A stretch of 64,000 nt of DNA from Balanoglossus misakiensis (GCA_040954595.2 CM082577.2:496001-560000); one strand, 5' to 3'; positions 23,701 through 36,854 are shown, counted from the stretch's first letter. A program made the numbers and translations. The notes: generated from the sequence alone by a model not told the origin.

Positions 23701-26700
23701 TTTCATGTATTTTAAGGTAAAATAAATTACACAGCCGGGTACATAGAGATCGACACAACAGGAATGTACTGGGAGATGGAATATGAATTGAAACTGATTG
23801 TAATGAAAGATGACCGCATCAGCGTTGCTTATCAAGTCCTTGACGTCACTGAGGGCGACCCACCGAGGATGTCAATCACGTGAGTGATCGATCTTTTACT
23901 TCTAACATAAATAAATTCTTCAAAATGAGATAAATTCAAAACAGACGGGATCAACACAAGTATGTTTTATCATCTACAAAACACTTTCACTTTTTGCCCA
24001 TTTCACCTATACAGGTGTAAGGTCAATTGTTTGGACAAGGTCAGCACGACAAGCCGATTTTCACTGGAGTCACATGATGCAGACTGGGTCCGGGGACTTA
24101 TACTGTATTACCGGTAAGAATTATTGTCTTATTTCGCAATAAAAACTAGGATGTTAACTGCTAGGTGTAGTAAATCATGCAGCAGTTAACTTATTTTAAA
24201 CTATGTACTCACTTCTCGCAGATGGGAGATACAAGATATCCAAAACGGAAAGTACAGAACGATTTCATCTTCGCAATGGCTGCCCTACTCCGGAACCGGA
24301 AATGATGGACAAAATTTCTCACTGGAGCGCGGATTCCTCCAGGACGTGAAGTACTACCGGCTCAAAGTTGTCGTCTCAAGGAACTCTGATTTTACCAACT
24401 ATGGTAAGATAGAGACACTCAACAGATCAACTGATGTCCATGACATATGTAAATTTGACAATAAACAGCGATCAAAATATGGTCAACATTCAAAGCGATG
24501 TACGTTAGCCATGATGTCCTTTTAAATGGTTAGGGTTAGGGACTTACACCAGGTTAGAGAACTAAAATTCTTTATATGTGTGTTGTTCTTCTTTTCACTC
24601 AAAACAATACAGGAATGGCATCCTATGCGATATTCACCAATGAGGTTCCTAGAGTAGGGACTTGTTACGTCACACCAACCAACGGAACGGCTCTGAACAC
24701 TACTTTCAATATATATTGCTCTGGATGGGACGATCCTGACCGACCTCTGAATTACAGATTTGCTATTGGCGGGAATAATGGCACCAACTGGGCTTGGATA
24801 TACAGCGGTGAGTTTCAGTCATCATTGCAAGTGACGATTGTAGGTGATGTTATTTTTGGTTGTGTGTCTTCTAGTTCTAACATCTTTCTTCTATTTTCCA
24901 GGCGAGAAGTCGTACATGGAAGAACCTTCCTATTTACCCGAGGGTCTCGTAGAGAACGATTACAACATTTCGATTTTAGTCAGAGTTGAAGATTCATACG
25001 GAAGTTACTCTGATCTTGAAGGGCTGGAAGTAGAGGTAAATGAGGGGGGTTTTGCCTGATGGATTTTGAACATTTGAAAAGTTTTGTCTGTTCTGAACCC
25101 ACGTGCAATGCTACAAATGCGACATTAAACACTTATCATATTAACCAGTCATATCAAATGTCATTTCTCATGAAACAGGTATTCCCGCTTGGCATCGACC
25201 AAACGGAGACGGTCGAGATGGTCAAACGGTTGACCTCGGACGAGGATAGTCTGATGAAACAAATGGTCGGCCAAGGTCAATCAGGAGCCGCAGCGAATAT
25301 TGCCAGCACGTGTGCCAAGACCTTGAACTCTATGTCAACGCTGTCCAGGGTGCAATCTGCGTCGAATAGTTCATCGGTTACAATATCACCGACAGGTGGT
25401 AAGTCACATGGCGATGCTGAGTAATTGATCTGATTGGTCCGTCACATTCTTCAAAGAAGTTGACGAACTATGTTAGTGAATCAAGTTGTCGCTTTTTGAG
25501 GAGCTCAGAGTTTAAATCAGAGTGAGAAATGACTGTTGATCAGAAGGAATTTAAATTTACAGACAGTATTTCAGAACCGAACTGATGTTCACAATTTTGC
25601 ATCCATTACAGCGCCCTTGGTAACAACAACATCCGATGGCGTAATCTATACGACACAGAGCGCCCTTACTGAGGACGACGAACTTATTCGGACAGAAAAC
25701 ACGTTGGTAAGTGTAAATATTTTTTGCCTGAAATTGTTCAATTTTGAGACTAGACAATCAATTATTTCACCAGCTTTGGCTTCCCGTAATTGACATTTGG
25801 TGTTCATGGTGTGGATTATCATATTATGAGTAAAACAGCATGACAAACAGCCGATATGTAGTGAATCACAGAGCAGTCATATTTTCATTAGGTGAGGGCG
25901 CAACTCGCTGAAGGCATTGCTGCAGGAACAGTTACAACGATGGGTGAATTTAAACACTTTGCATCAGCAATGGACACTGTGACCTATGACCCCTACGAAA
26001 TTAATGAAGATGCTCAGGTATGCCTTCTTCGATCGTTCTACCTTAGTTTGTATTTATTTTCCGGCCTTGTGTTTTTGTTACTGAAAACTCCTTAAGTTGA
26101 ATCTTATTCATATGTTTTCATTTCCAACACTTTCTGCCACACTTCATAATCTTCACATGCAGGACACTATCCTACAATCATGTGACCAGTGGAATTCGTT
26201 TCTCGTGGAGAAAACCAGTGAAGGTCAAACCATGGTGGATTATTTGGAAGACGCGGGAATCGGGCTTCTGGCTGTCGTCTGTAAGTTTGATTCTTTTCAA
26301 CAAAACCAGCTAAACTGTACATTGAGGAAACTTTTGTAGGTACATGTAATTAATTTGAAGAACAAAAATTAAATGTATTTACCTTTCGATACTAAAGTTT
26401 TGCCTTAAAATCAAGTTAAGATTATGTCATTCCCTCCAAATGAGAATTGCGTAGAATTCGGTTTACATGATGCTCACTATTCTTGTGCTCTTGATTCTTA
26501 AAAAAGCCAACACCATGGCAGCCAGTAAAGTAACAGTCCAACAATATGAAGCTGCGGCAGCCATCTTGCAAGCTGAGCTCGAAGATGTTGAAACCACGCA
26601 GGCGCCGGACGCAGACAGTGCGAATGCAAAGCGCAGACGCAGACGAGACATCGACCAGGCCATTGATGATGCCAATATCGCTAAAGAAATGGTACACTTA

Positions 26701-29700
26701 ACTAGGGTTATGCTTTGTCAAAAAAACAACAACCCACTTTTATCAACACCTTTTGAAAATCGGAAAGTTTGAGGACAAACCGTGCAAAGTTTAATATGAA
26801 TAAACAAAACATAGTTCGTGCACATTTGTAATCACTACATTTCGTGATTTTTGTGTTGCAGGCTAGGCAACGGATAACTAGAGCAATGGACATCTCAACG
26901 ACTGTGGCAAATACTGTAAGCGACAAAATGGTGGCTGGACAAGATGACGTCACGCTGACTGGAAACGGAATATCGATTACTGCTGGATTGACGTTTACAG
27001 ACAACATGGCAAATAGTGAGCGAGTTACTCAAACAACGTCACTGTGTTAAAGGGGCAACGCAAATTGAAATGTCCAGACTTTTGTCCATATGTGCACAGT
27101 CACATGCTATGTACACATTGTTACCTGGCCCTAAAGTGGAGTTGTACATACACAAAATCGAACGTTCGCAAGGGCAAGACGCATTTCAAGAGAGACCGAG
27201 AAAGTTCACTTACATAGACGGGTTCAGTATAACAGACTGGTGTATGCATCCGCTCAATTTCCTGCTCCGTCTGATCTGATTATAAATATCTATAAATTAC
27301 ACATCATGAGATAAACATTTGCCAGTTGGCTGTATATGCATGTCGCGCAAAACCGATACTGATGTTGTTGCAATGTAATCTGTCAATTCTTCTTTACAGA
27401 ACAATTTGACCAAGGCAGTGGCGTCAAAATTCAACTTCCAGACGTACAAACTATGTTTGGTGATGACAACATAACTTATGTTGGACAAAAAGTAAGTTAC
27501 TGAACATTGAAGTAATTTCTGAAAGAAGCAAGTTAGATTGGTAATCCCGAAAGCATTGTAACATTCAATTTTATCATTCTCTTGTGCATAATCAAATAGA
27601 CAGAATTTACATTTAAATTTCAGGTTATTACATACGATGACAATTTCATCACATGGACCAACACTTCAACGGGCATCCAGGGACGACTTCTATCGTTGGA
27701 CTTGGCCAACGATACAGGGGAAGCCGTCGATTTGACGGGTTTGCAGAAACCCATTGAAGTGTGGTTGACACGTGACGCTTCTCACGCCGATCTGGACGCG
27801 GTGGATTGGCATTATAGTGTAACCACGCCCCCTGGAGAAACTACTGCTATGCATAGAATCAGTAAGTTATAGACACATCAAAGACATTAGCAGGGTTTGG
27901 GCAGTATCGTGACACCTGATTGCTTATCTTATGAAACGCGTGAGCACATTCATATACATGTAATTACATCTGGTTGAGAATTCCTGTGAGTATCTCACGC
28001 TTCTCTATAAGCTAGCAGTAGATGGGCAACTTGACATGCAGTGAGAGCGAGCTCTTTATTGTGACGTCATCACCATCCGCCATGTAAACCTGTGCTTCCA
28101 CAGCTGACTGTTAATTCTCCAAATTTTGCAGCCTTCGACGACGAAGCAGCCTTGACCGTAGAAGTGCGCCCTCTAGACGTCAATGGAACCGATACAGCCA
28201 ATGTGACGTTCTTCCTCTACTTCGGTTTTGGTATGTATCCTTCTGAAGATTTCGGTGAGCATCATTTCAACTGTACGTTGCCCAGACAACCAATGTACTC
28301 GATGGGAGAGAATGGCACAGTCTTCGTTGAGAACACGTGGGAGCTGGAAGAACCATACCTATGGACATGTTTCTTCAGCAATGTGTTTATTAAAAGGTAA
28401 GGCCAGCACGTATAGAATGGTGGACGTTTCTTATAATGCTTGAACGATGGGGGAAATTTTCTCAAAATGAATTTATTTTTACGCTTCCTCAGTCAGATGG
28501 TAATCATTTTAGACCAAATCTTCGAAAAATAACACTTGATACGCAGCTCTCATCCACAGGGTAGTTCTGAACTGCATTTTCTGTACACCATGATCAGTGT
28601 CCCCCTCCCCCTCCCTCGGATTTGTCTGCTTATGCCTCTCTATCTATGCATCTCGGATTTTACATCGCGTTTTCACAAAATAGATAAATATAATATGATC
28701 TCCCAATTGCTTTCTCTATGTGCAAGTTACATGAACATCTCCAGCGACGTCTACATTGCGGTAAAACACACCGGTGGATGGAATGCAACGGCTGCTGAGA
28801 GTTATTTAGAAAACTCGGAATATGACAACTTCTGGCAAATGCACTACAAGTTGTCCGAGTACACGGCACAGTGCAAATATTTCGACTTTGACGAGAATAT
28901 GTGGAAACAAGATGGTATGGAGGTGGGTTGAAGGGTTTAGTAAACTTGTTTATGACCTACTACAAAAGGAATATGTAGATAGCCTAAAACTGAATGCGTT
29001 TATAAATTTCCATGGAAAGCAATGGCGGTCTTCTACTAGTATATTGTCTTAGTGCAGTTTCCATGTATCTCTTGTCTCTGCAGGTCGGACCGAAGTCAAC
29101 CAAATCTGACACCCAGTGCTTCGCTACTCACCTGACCCTGTTTGGCGGAGGATTTCAGATTCCCATGAATAGAATTGATTTTAGCAACTTAGCGTTCACC
29201 AAGCTTCACGAGAATCCCGTTGTGTTCGCGTTTCTTGTGTCTTGCTGTGGCGTGTATCTGGCCGTTCTCGTCTGGGCGAGAAAGGCCGACAAAAGAGACT
29301 TGGTTAAGGTGAAAACATTTAATTTGTTGTGGCACGTGTGTCAATTATGACTCAAACCAGCTGGTCTTTGCGATTTGCTTATTTTTGGTCTCGGGGAGGA
29401 CCGGGCGAGCTCCACGTTTGATATCCCAACTAATTCATCTTTTTCACCTGCAGGTTGGAGCTACTCCATTGAAGGACAACGACCCACGTGATCAATATTT
29501 TTACGAAATAACTGTATTCACCGGTGTACGGAATAATGCTGGTTGGTATCATAGATCGTCATTTTTTTTTAAATTATCAACCTGCACCCTTCTCATTTTC
29601 TGCACAGAGACAGAAAACCGTGGTGAACTGGAAAAAAGTTAGCAAAACAATTTCACACCATTTCATATAAGATTCTTTGTACTTCCCGTAGATATAAAAT

Positions 29701-32700
29701 TCAATATGATTTTCCTACAGGAACGTCAGCCAAGGTGTCCATGATATTGACAGGTGACGTGGGAGAGACAGAACCCCGCCCTTTATTGGACAACAAGCGC
29801 AAAATCTTCGAGCGTGGCGGAGTGGACAGTTTTGTCATGGCCGTTCCTCGTTCCCTTGGTAACCTGATTCACGCTCGTCTTTGGCACGATAACAGCGGGA
29901 AGTCCCCGAGCTGGTTTCTGAATCGAGTGTCTGTGAAAGATTTACAAAATGAGAAGATGTTTTATTTCATGTCAGATCGTTGGTTGGCAGTGGAAGAAGA
30001 AGATGGCCAGGTGAGTCACGTGACAAATGCATGGTACCGTTAAGGCGATGGGATGACTTCTTCGACTTCAACTAAGAAAACTCAAGTCTGATAGCGTAGA
30101 ACAGTGAAGTAATTATGCCTATAAAATATATTGGCTGAACTTTCATGATCGGGATATATCTTGAAACATGTGCACTGGGCTAATGCAGTTTCATGTTAAC
30201 GATGAACGCGTATTTTATTCTAGATTGAGCGAGTAATACCCGTGGCTGGTAAGAGCGAGTTGACCAGTTTCGGCCATCTATTCTTCAGCAAGACAAGACG
30301 CAATCTCAGCGACGGTCATCTCTGGTTTTCGATTTTCATCCGACCACCGCGCAGTCGTTTCACCCGCGTGCAGAGAGCCACCTGTTGCGTGTCTCTCCTT
30401 TTCTGCACAATGATGGCGAACATTTTCTTCTATGATGTCGACGTCACTGGAGCCGGAAGTGGGCAGGTGTACAAGCTTGGGCCAATCAGCTTCTCGTTGG
30501 CTGAGTTGTGTATCGGCGTCATCAGCAGTCTGATGGTGTTCCCGGTAAACTTGGTCGTTGTGCAGATATTCCGTTTTGTCAGGGAACATCCGACGGTGAA
30601 CTGCTGTTGTTGCAAGGGCAAGAGTGAAGAGCACCCTCCGTCAGCTTACAAACGCAATATTGCAAGCGCTTCACCATCAGACGTTGATCGCGATAGTGTC
30701 GCAAAACTAGATTTAGAACGAGAATTACAGGCTCTGGATGCGAGAAACTGCGGAAGCCCAATAAACTCTGTCATGCAAAGCGAAAGAAGGAAGCCTCGCA
30801 ACACGATAACACCGCGCCCAGACAGCGTCATCAGTTCCATCTCCAACTCGGGAGTCTCTCTTCGGTTGACCGACGACGGCTACATTAAAACCCCCATTGC
30901 AGGATTCAAGAAAGTCCGTAAGAAGAAAAAGAAATTTGAACTCCCCTGGGGCTTTGTCTATGTAGCCTGGTTCCTCGCTCTAGCTTCCATGGCAACCGCG
31001 TTCTTCATGACCGTGCAGGTCGCCGGTCAGTTCGGGAGAGACAAATCACAGGAGTGGCTGATGTCTATGGCTTTCTCCATTGTACAAGATGTGCTTATTA
31101 CTCAACCCATTAAGGTGACTCTGCAACAGACTTATAAAAGATTTCATATGATTGCATTTATAAGAGGGAATGCTGTTGCATGTTTCGAGTGGAAGATGAA
31201 CCGAATCTAAAATCTAAAACTGAATGGTTGTCATCTTCGATTATAATTGCTCGTAGTATTAAACAACTTCGCCGTTGGAACTCTGAACATTGCAAAGTTT
31301 TTGAAAGTTTTAATATGTCACTGTGTGAAAGAAGTCCAACTTTTCCTACACTAATATCTTCCTTGGTTTTCATATCAGGTACTTTTTCTGGCCACGTTTT
31401 ACGCACTGGTCATCAGAACTCCTGACAACGCAGATGAAGACGAAACGGCAGAATCTCCGCATCTCGATCAAGACGAGGAGTGGGTCCACGAGAGAATGAC
31501 AAATGAAGAGTTGAATGATCCAATCAAAATGGCCGAACTCGAGCGTGAGAAAGTTCTGCGCATGTCTTCCGCACGATTGCCGGATACCGACCAGCTCCAA
31601 GAAGCGCGTGAAACAAGGTATATAAGCTCAGAATTTGTTTCGAAGTACATGTAATGCCATGATTATGGTTTGTATTGTTGTTCTTGACAAGTCTGATTGT
31701 AAACAAGTAACATTTAGGAACAATTTTGTCACGTGAATTTTCACTTCTTCAACCTAATATTATTGATTTAGGCAACAATGTTTTTTCGCACTTTTCAGGT
31801 TTAAAGAGATAAAGATGTATGGAATAATTAAAGAGATCACACTCTACCTCATATTCCTATATCTACTCATGATAATCTGCTACGGCAGTCGCGATCCAGC
31901 AGGCCATCTCATCAATAAAGCACTGGTGGACGAATTTGTAGCTGCACAGTACAACGGCAAAATGCGGTTTGATATGGTAGGAGAAAAGTTACAAGAAACA
32001 TTTTCATTGCCATTGTATAAGATAAAAGGTTGCAGCCGACCTGAGTGGCCTCTATGCCACGTATTTACTATTGTTAGCATTCAGACAGTTGCAAATCTTT
32101 GGATCAGGGTCGACTGGTCCTTCAAACCTAATTTATCATTTATCTATACAGGTATACAACTAAAAAAACTGGATTATAACGTGTACTGTCAGGGGTTATT
32201 GTTTGTAATATTTAATTGAGGTGTTTATTTTTTTGCTGTAGATTTCAAATCGTGATCATTTTTGGAACTACACGGAGTATGTGTTTATACCGAGTCTATT
32301 CAGTAGCAATTGGTATAACGGACAAGAAGACAAATTTGGCGCCACTACGAAGACCATAGCAGATCGCTCGTCCATCTTGATCGGCAGTGCTCGCCTCAGA
32401 CAACTTCGTGTAGACAGTGGTTAGTCGGTTGTTGAAATACCATACGATTCCCGTACACTTAATCAGCTTGAAAGTTTGCTTGCGTAATATGTAGATTTTG
32501 TAGATGGGTGAGTACATGTAATTTCCATTTCTTTCATGCTAAAGGTTTACCAAAACAAAATTGACATTTCAGAAAATTGCACTATACGGGAGGAATTTAG
32601 AGATATAATCAACCACTGCAAGAAGGAATACAGCTACTCCAACGAGCTTAGTGAGAATATGTTGGAAAACTGGCAGTATATCGGCAACGGTACTGGTAAG

Positions 32701-34861
32701 TGTGTGTTGCTATATTAAGATGTTTGGTAGAGAAATATTTTCGTAATCTCTCTGGTAAACTTAATGTAGAAGTCTGCAGCATTACAGTTTGTGCCAGTGA
32801 ACAATTAATAACTTAAGTGTGAGAGTTACACAATGATTTCTTCTGAATCCCCGTGACAGAGGAACCCGACTACAGGAACAAATACCAGTCTGTTTGGAAG
32901 TACAACAAATGGTACGAGATCGACTCCTATCCATACTTCGCGGAGCACGCCCTCTACAATGGCGGCGGGTACGTTGCCAATCTCGGCAACAACTACGACA
33001 CAGCTATAGATATGGCAGCCTATCTCAAGTCCAACAGATGGGTTGATCAGATGACCAGGGCCGTTTTCATCGAGTTTGTTGTCTTCAATCCATCGAGCAA
33101 TCTTCTCGCCGTGTCTTATTTGATTGCGGAATTCCTACCTACAGGAGGTACGGATATTTGTGTAATTATTGTAGAACATGGCTTATTGGTAGACAAGACT
33201 TCTTTATCTCTCATTAACACCGAAATCAGATATTTCTCTTCTTATTGACTCTTCTAGGCGCTTTTCCATACATTAAATTCTACATGATGCCCCTTGATCG
33301 TTACTATGGCACCTGGATGTACTTCGTCATGGCGGCGGAAGTGACGTTCGTTTTGTTCATACTGTACTTCCTGTACCGGGAGGGCAGAGTCGCCTTGAAG
33401 GAGAAGATGAAATACTTGAAGAGTTTTTGGAATTGTGTTGAAATCATCTCCCTTGCCCTCGCCGTAACAGCTATTGTGATGTACTTCTACAGACTGACTG
33501 TGTCATGGTCGGTTATTGATCAGTACAAGGCGAATAAGACCGTGTTCACCAATTTTCAGTATTTAGCATACTGGGATGAGGTAAGTACAAGCTTGGCAGA
33601 TGTAGGATATGACAGAGCTCACATATTGGGCCGCAAGTTGTTTAGATTCAAAGATTCAGTCGTGTGCTGGCGCTCCGGAGCAGTGCCTATACGACCTGTT
33701 GTAAAGGGTCGTAGACCAGGCAGTCTGCAAATTCTTTAGAGCACAAGAACTTTTAATATGGGCGTGTCTGTTTTAAGACAAACAAGTTACATCACTTAGG
33801 CAATGGCTAACTCTCTGATCTTAACAGCCTGGTATTTCTTTCATCAGCATTTCGACTTGAATACGCAAATATTCTTGTTTCATATCGAGCGGAAATCAGT
33901 GCTAACTTTCAACCTAAACGTCTCTGTTTTCAATTTAGCTGTTCGCCTACACCATCAGTTGCAGCTTGTTCATCTGCACCATCAAACTCCTCAAACTTCT
34001 GAGATTCAACCGACGAATGCTGCTTCTATCTCAGGTCATCCGCTCTTGCTCCTATGAAATGTTTCTCTTTCTCATCGTTTTTGGATTGTTCTTCGCCGCC
34101 TTCGCGCATTTTGCACATTTGATCTTCGGCATTACTCTGAGGGACTTCTGTACCATCGCGCTGACGATAGAGTCGCTCTTCTCAACGCTCCTTGGTAAGT
34201 TGTGCCGTTTACTCAATGTGATTTGCATGTAAAAGAAAACTTAGAATACGAACAATACGTTGCATGAAAAAAATCTACAATTTGTGTATCTGTAGGTAAA
34301 TTTGAATTCGAAGATATGGTTATGGCAAGTCGCTACCTTGGACCAATATTCTTCTTCTTCTATGTCTTGCTTGTGATGTTCATCTTGCTCAACATGTTTC
34401 TCACAATCCTGAATGAGGGATTTTCCCGCGTTAAAGCAGATAACGACAAGTTGACGAACGAATTAGAAATCGTGGATTTCATGATCGCCAGGTTCAAGAA
34501 GTGGACAGGCTTTTCGGAGAAGCGCCTCCAACGGCACGTACAGACTCACGATTACGTAGAAGGTAAGGTACTGAGCTCATATCACTAATAATAACAAGGC
34601 CCGTTATATACCTATAAAACATGGCGACTGATCACGAAGTGTTCTCAGCTAGATAACATATGCATTTGAATGAATGTATTGTACTGATTTATTCTTGACG
34701 TAGGAGTGGATCCCATCGACATCGATTGTCATGAAATGAAAACCAAGTTGGTGGAGATGGTTGATCGATTGAATGATTTGGTCAAAGCGGAGAAAAGAAA
34801 CTGTAAAGATGTCCTCACAAATGTGGACGACAATTCACCAAGGGCAATCTTCCTCTCTTAA
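14765..34861 (+). CDS. PKD1-like: Polycystin-1-like receptor/channel subunit, paralog A (multi-exon)
   Basis: Start gccaaaATG at 14765. Exons 14765-14800 and 15029-15059 give the signal peptide MGTVIYTLSAILVFELFLRVKP. Two beta-rich module exons follow (15217-15693, 15840-16325), then WSC (about 16507-17040: GC..CIELC..LQQGELCFC..CGG), PKD repeats (WRFGDG, WDFQD, WNFGD; large exon 20092-23526), REJ (GTCYVTPTNGTALNTTFNIYCSGWDDPD), GPS (CKYFD..QCFATHL/TLFG), PLAT (RLWHDNSGKSPSWFL), HLWFS..RPPRSRFTRVQR, TOP domain, channel (IKLLKLLRFN, LLNMFLTILNEGF) and a coiled coil. Stop TAA at 34859-34861. Confidence 0.92.
21891..22290 (+). repeat. Ser/Thr-rich coding insertion with degenerate 14-aa (42-nt) repeats in paralog A
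   Basis: Repeat units IGLATSQEPNASQA / ADLNTTQGAVTFHQ / TDLKTSQEFNTSKT / TDLKTVQ. ACTGACCTGAAAACT recurs at 22152 and 22194. Confidence 0.7.
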
Positions 34862-35195
34862 TTAAGTTCTTCGGCGTGGTTAGGAAGTGAGGGAAGATGA
34901 CCCAGTGGTTAAAATAGAAGAGTTCTTATTGGTGGACGGTCATCTGTCTCACTGTAACGGGCCAATCCGAAGTGTGTTGATAAATCGAGTACAGTAGTAC
35001 AATGTAGTTGAAGCAGTTGATACAAATAACAGCTGTCTGCTGTAATTAGTACCTTTCTTAGCTGACTTTTAGCCGTAGCTTTATAGCTCCGTTGGTTTTG
35101 CGATGTAAAATCGTACCGCTGTGCATGTCAGTGATAAGTCAATATGTTTTTCTTGTGTTCAAATTTGCATCTTTCTTCAAAACGTGAACAAGTGC

Positions 35196-35201
35196 AATAA
35201 A
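35196..35201 (+). other. Candidate polyadenylation signal of PKD1-like paralog A
   Basis: AATAAA about 335 nt after the stop codon. Confidence 0.4.
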
Positions 35202-36854
35202 ATACTGGTAGTAGAGCTGTGGCTTTGATTTCGTCAGTTGCACAATATATTGCCCCGTAAGTACCACACATCCCTTCACGGCGCATGCCCCGTCATCTAA
35301 CCTTAGTAACTTAGTTGTATGTACTGACTCGCGCATATACAGGCAAATAGAAACATAGCAAAGTATGTGGAGTGGTACTACATGCATCGTGTGCAGATAA
35401 AGAAACATTTTAATGTAGACCATTATTAGGGCAGAATTTTAAGTACACGACATTACTCGAAGTTTCAATTTTTTGCTCTGATATGTTAAAGAACATAAAA
35501 AACTGAAAATCGAAGATGATTTTGTCAAGGTCATTTAGGTTATTTGCACAGATATACGCATTTCTTATTGGAAGAGTTCTTCGGCGTCACAGGCACGTTC
35601 GTGTTGTATCCCCGAGTAACCAAATGCACATGCGCGATAGATATGTTATTCAACAAACCAGAAATCGATCTCCTGCTATATCTGTTGTTCCTTGGGAGAC
35701 CCCGAGCTGAGATCAATATTTTCATTTAGAAAATACAAAGGGAAACATTAGAGAATAATTAAACATTTTTATCACGCAAACTTTTCTGTAAGTGTTTAAA
35801 ATAATTATTGCTCTTCCAGTAGGAATTTTAAATATACATATAAGTTTCTCCTACATCAAAGCCGAAGTTTGGGCGTTCTCTGTTGTTTACTTTCGTCACT
35901 CACGAGGCATAGGTGTTTGGACTGGAAACTTATCAATTATTCACATATATCGATCAATTCTTTCGTTTTTTCACAATTTCTCAAAATCCGAGGTCATTTT
36001 TCAGACCAGGATACATTCTGTGGAATATACTCCTCGACAATTAGCATATACAAATCCCTAAACTCAAACGGAGAATATTAAACTTTCAACTTCAAGCTTT
36101 CAACATATAAACAACTTCTATTTTCATATAACTGTTTCCCGTTGGCTACTGAGAAGAGATTAAACCTAAGGATTAAATCGATCGGTGATTTAAGACTTTT
36201 AAGACTTGTGCGTGGCCTCCTGTTTATATCCTGAGAGTTGCTTTGAAACTTATCCAAAGTTCTAGTTTTTGTCCATTCTTAGCACATTTGTTATGACGTC
36301 GTAGTGGTTATGTGGAGTTTAAGTTTGGCCACTTGATAATTTTCCTATTTTTTGAGATGGAAAGTCGACAGAAAAAATCAATAATCAGGACAGAAATCAG
36401 ATATACTTAATTGTTTAACGAAAGATTTTTGTTCGCATTATTACCGGGCTATTCCAAGACAGTTCTTCCTCCCATCGGCGAATTTCTCGAGCGAATCACT
36501 TCAGCGATTTTTCTCGATGCCTAATAATCAAAAATACAGTGTTCTTTCATTTTGCCATTTAATGCTGCTTAACTTTACACACCTATGTCGATTTAAGTTC
36601 ACTTTCGGAAATATTACAAAAATAAAACTCAGGACCACGCTGCTTTATTACCGCGGGAGTACTATCATCTAATGTAATGGCTGACACAACCCCTGATTAT
36701 GCAAAAATTGCAGAAGGGGCAGAAATCGAAGGTGACAGACACAGGCAATCAAAGAAGACAACAAGAATGTGACGACGACTGCGACAGAAATTGTCGTGCG
36801 CCAGAACACAAACGATACGCAATAAGTCATTCTAGCGCCAATCGGTTAGCCAAA

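Noticed and set aside
24528-24541. GGTTAGGGTTAGGG telomere-like sequence in an intron
   Set aside because: Only two units; not enough for an interstitial telomere call.
34865-35586. Shared short word GTTCTTCGGCGT at about 34866 and 35575
   Set aside because: A short match with no extension into the flanks; compatible with chance.
35400-36700. Possible MITE or DNA transposon in the spacer between the polycystin genes
   Set aside because: No terminal inverted repeats or target-site duplication could be identified by eye. A repeat-library search would be needed.
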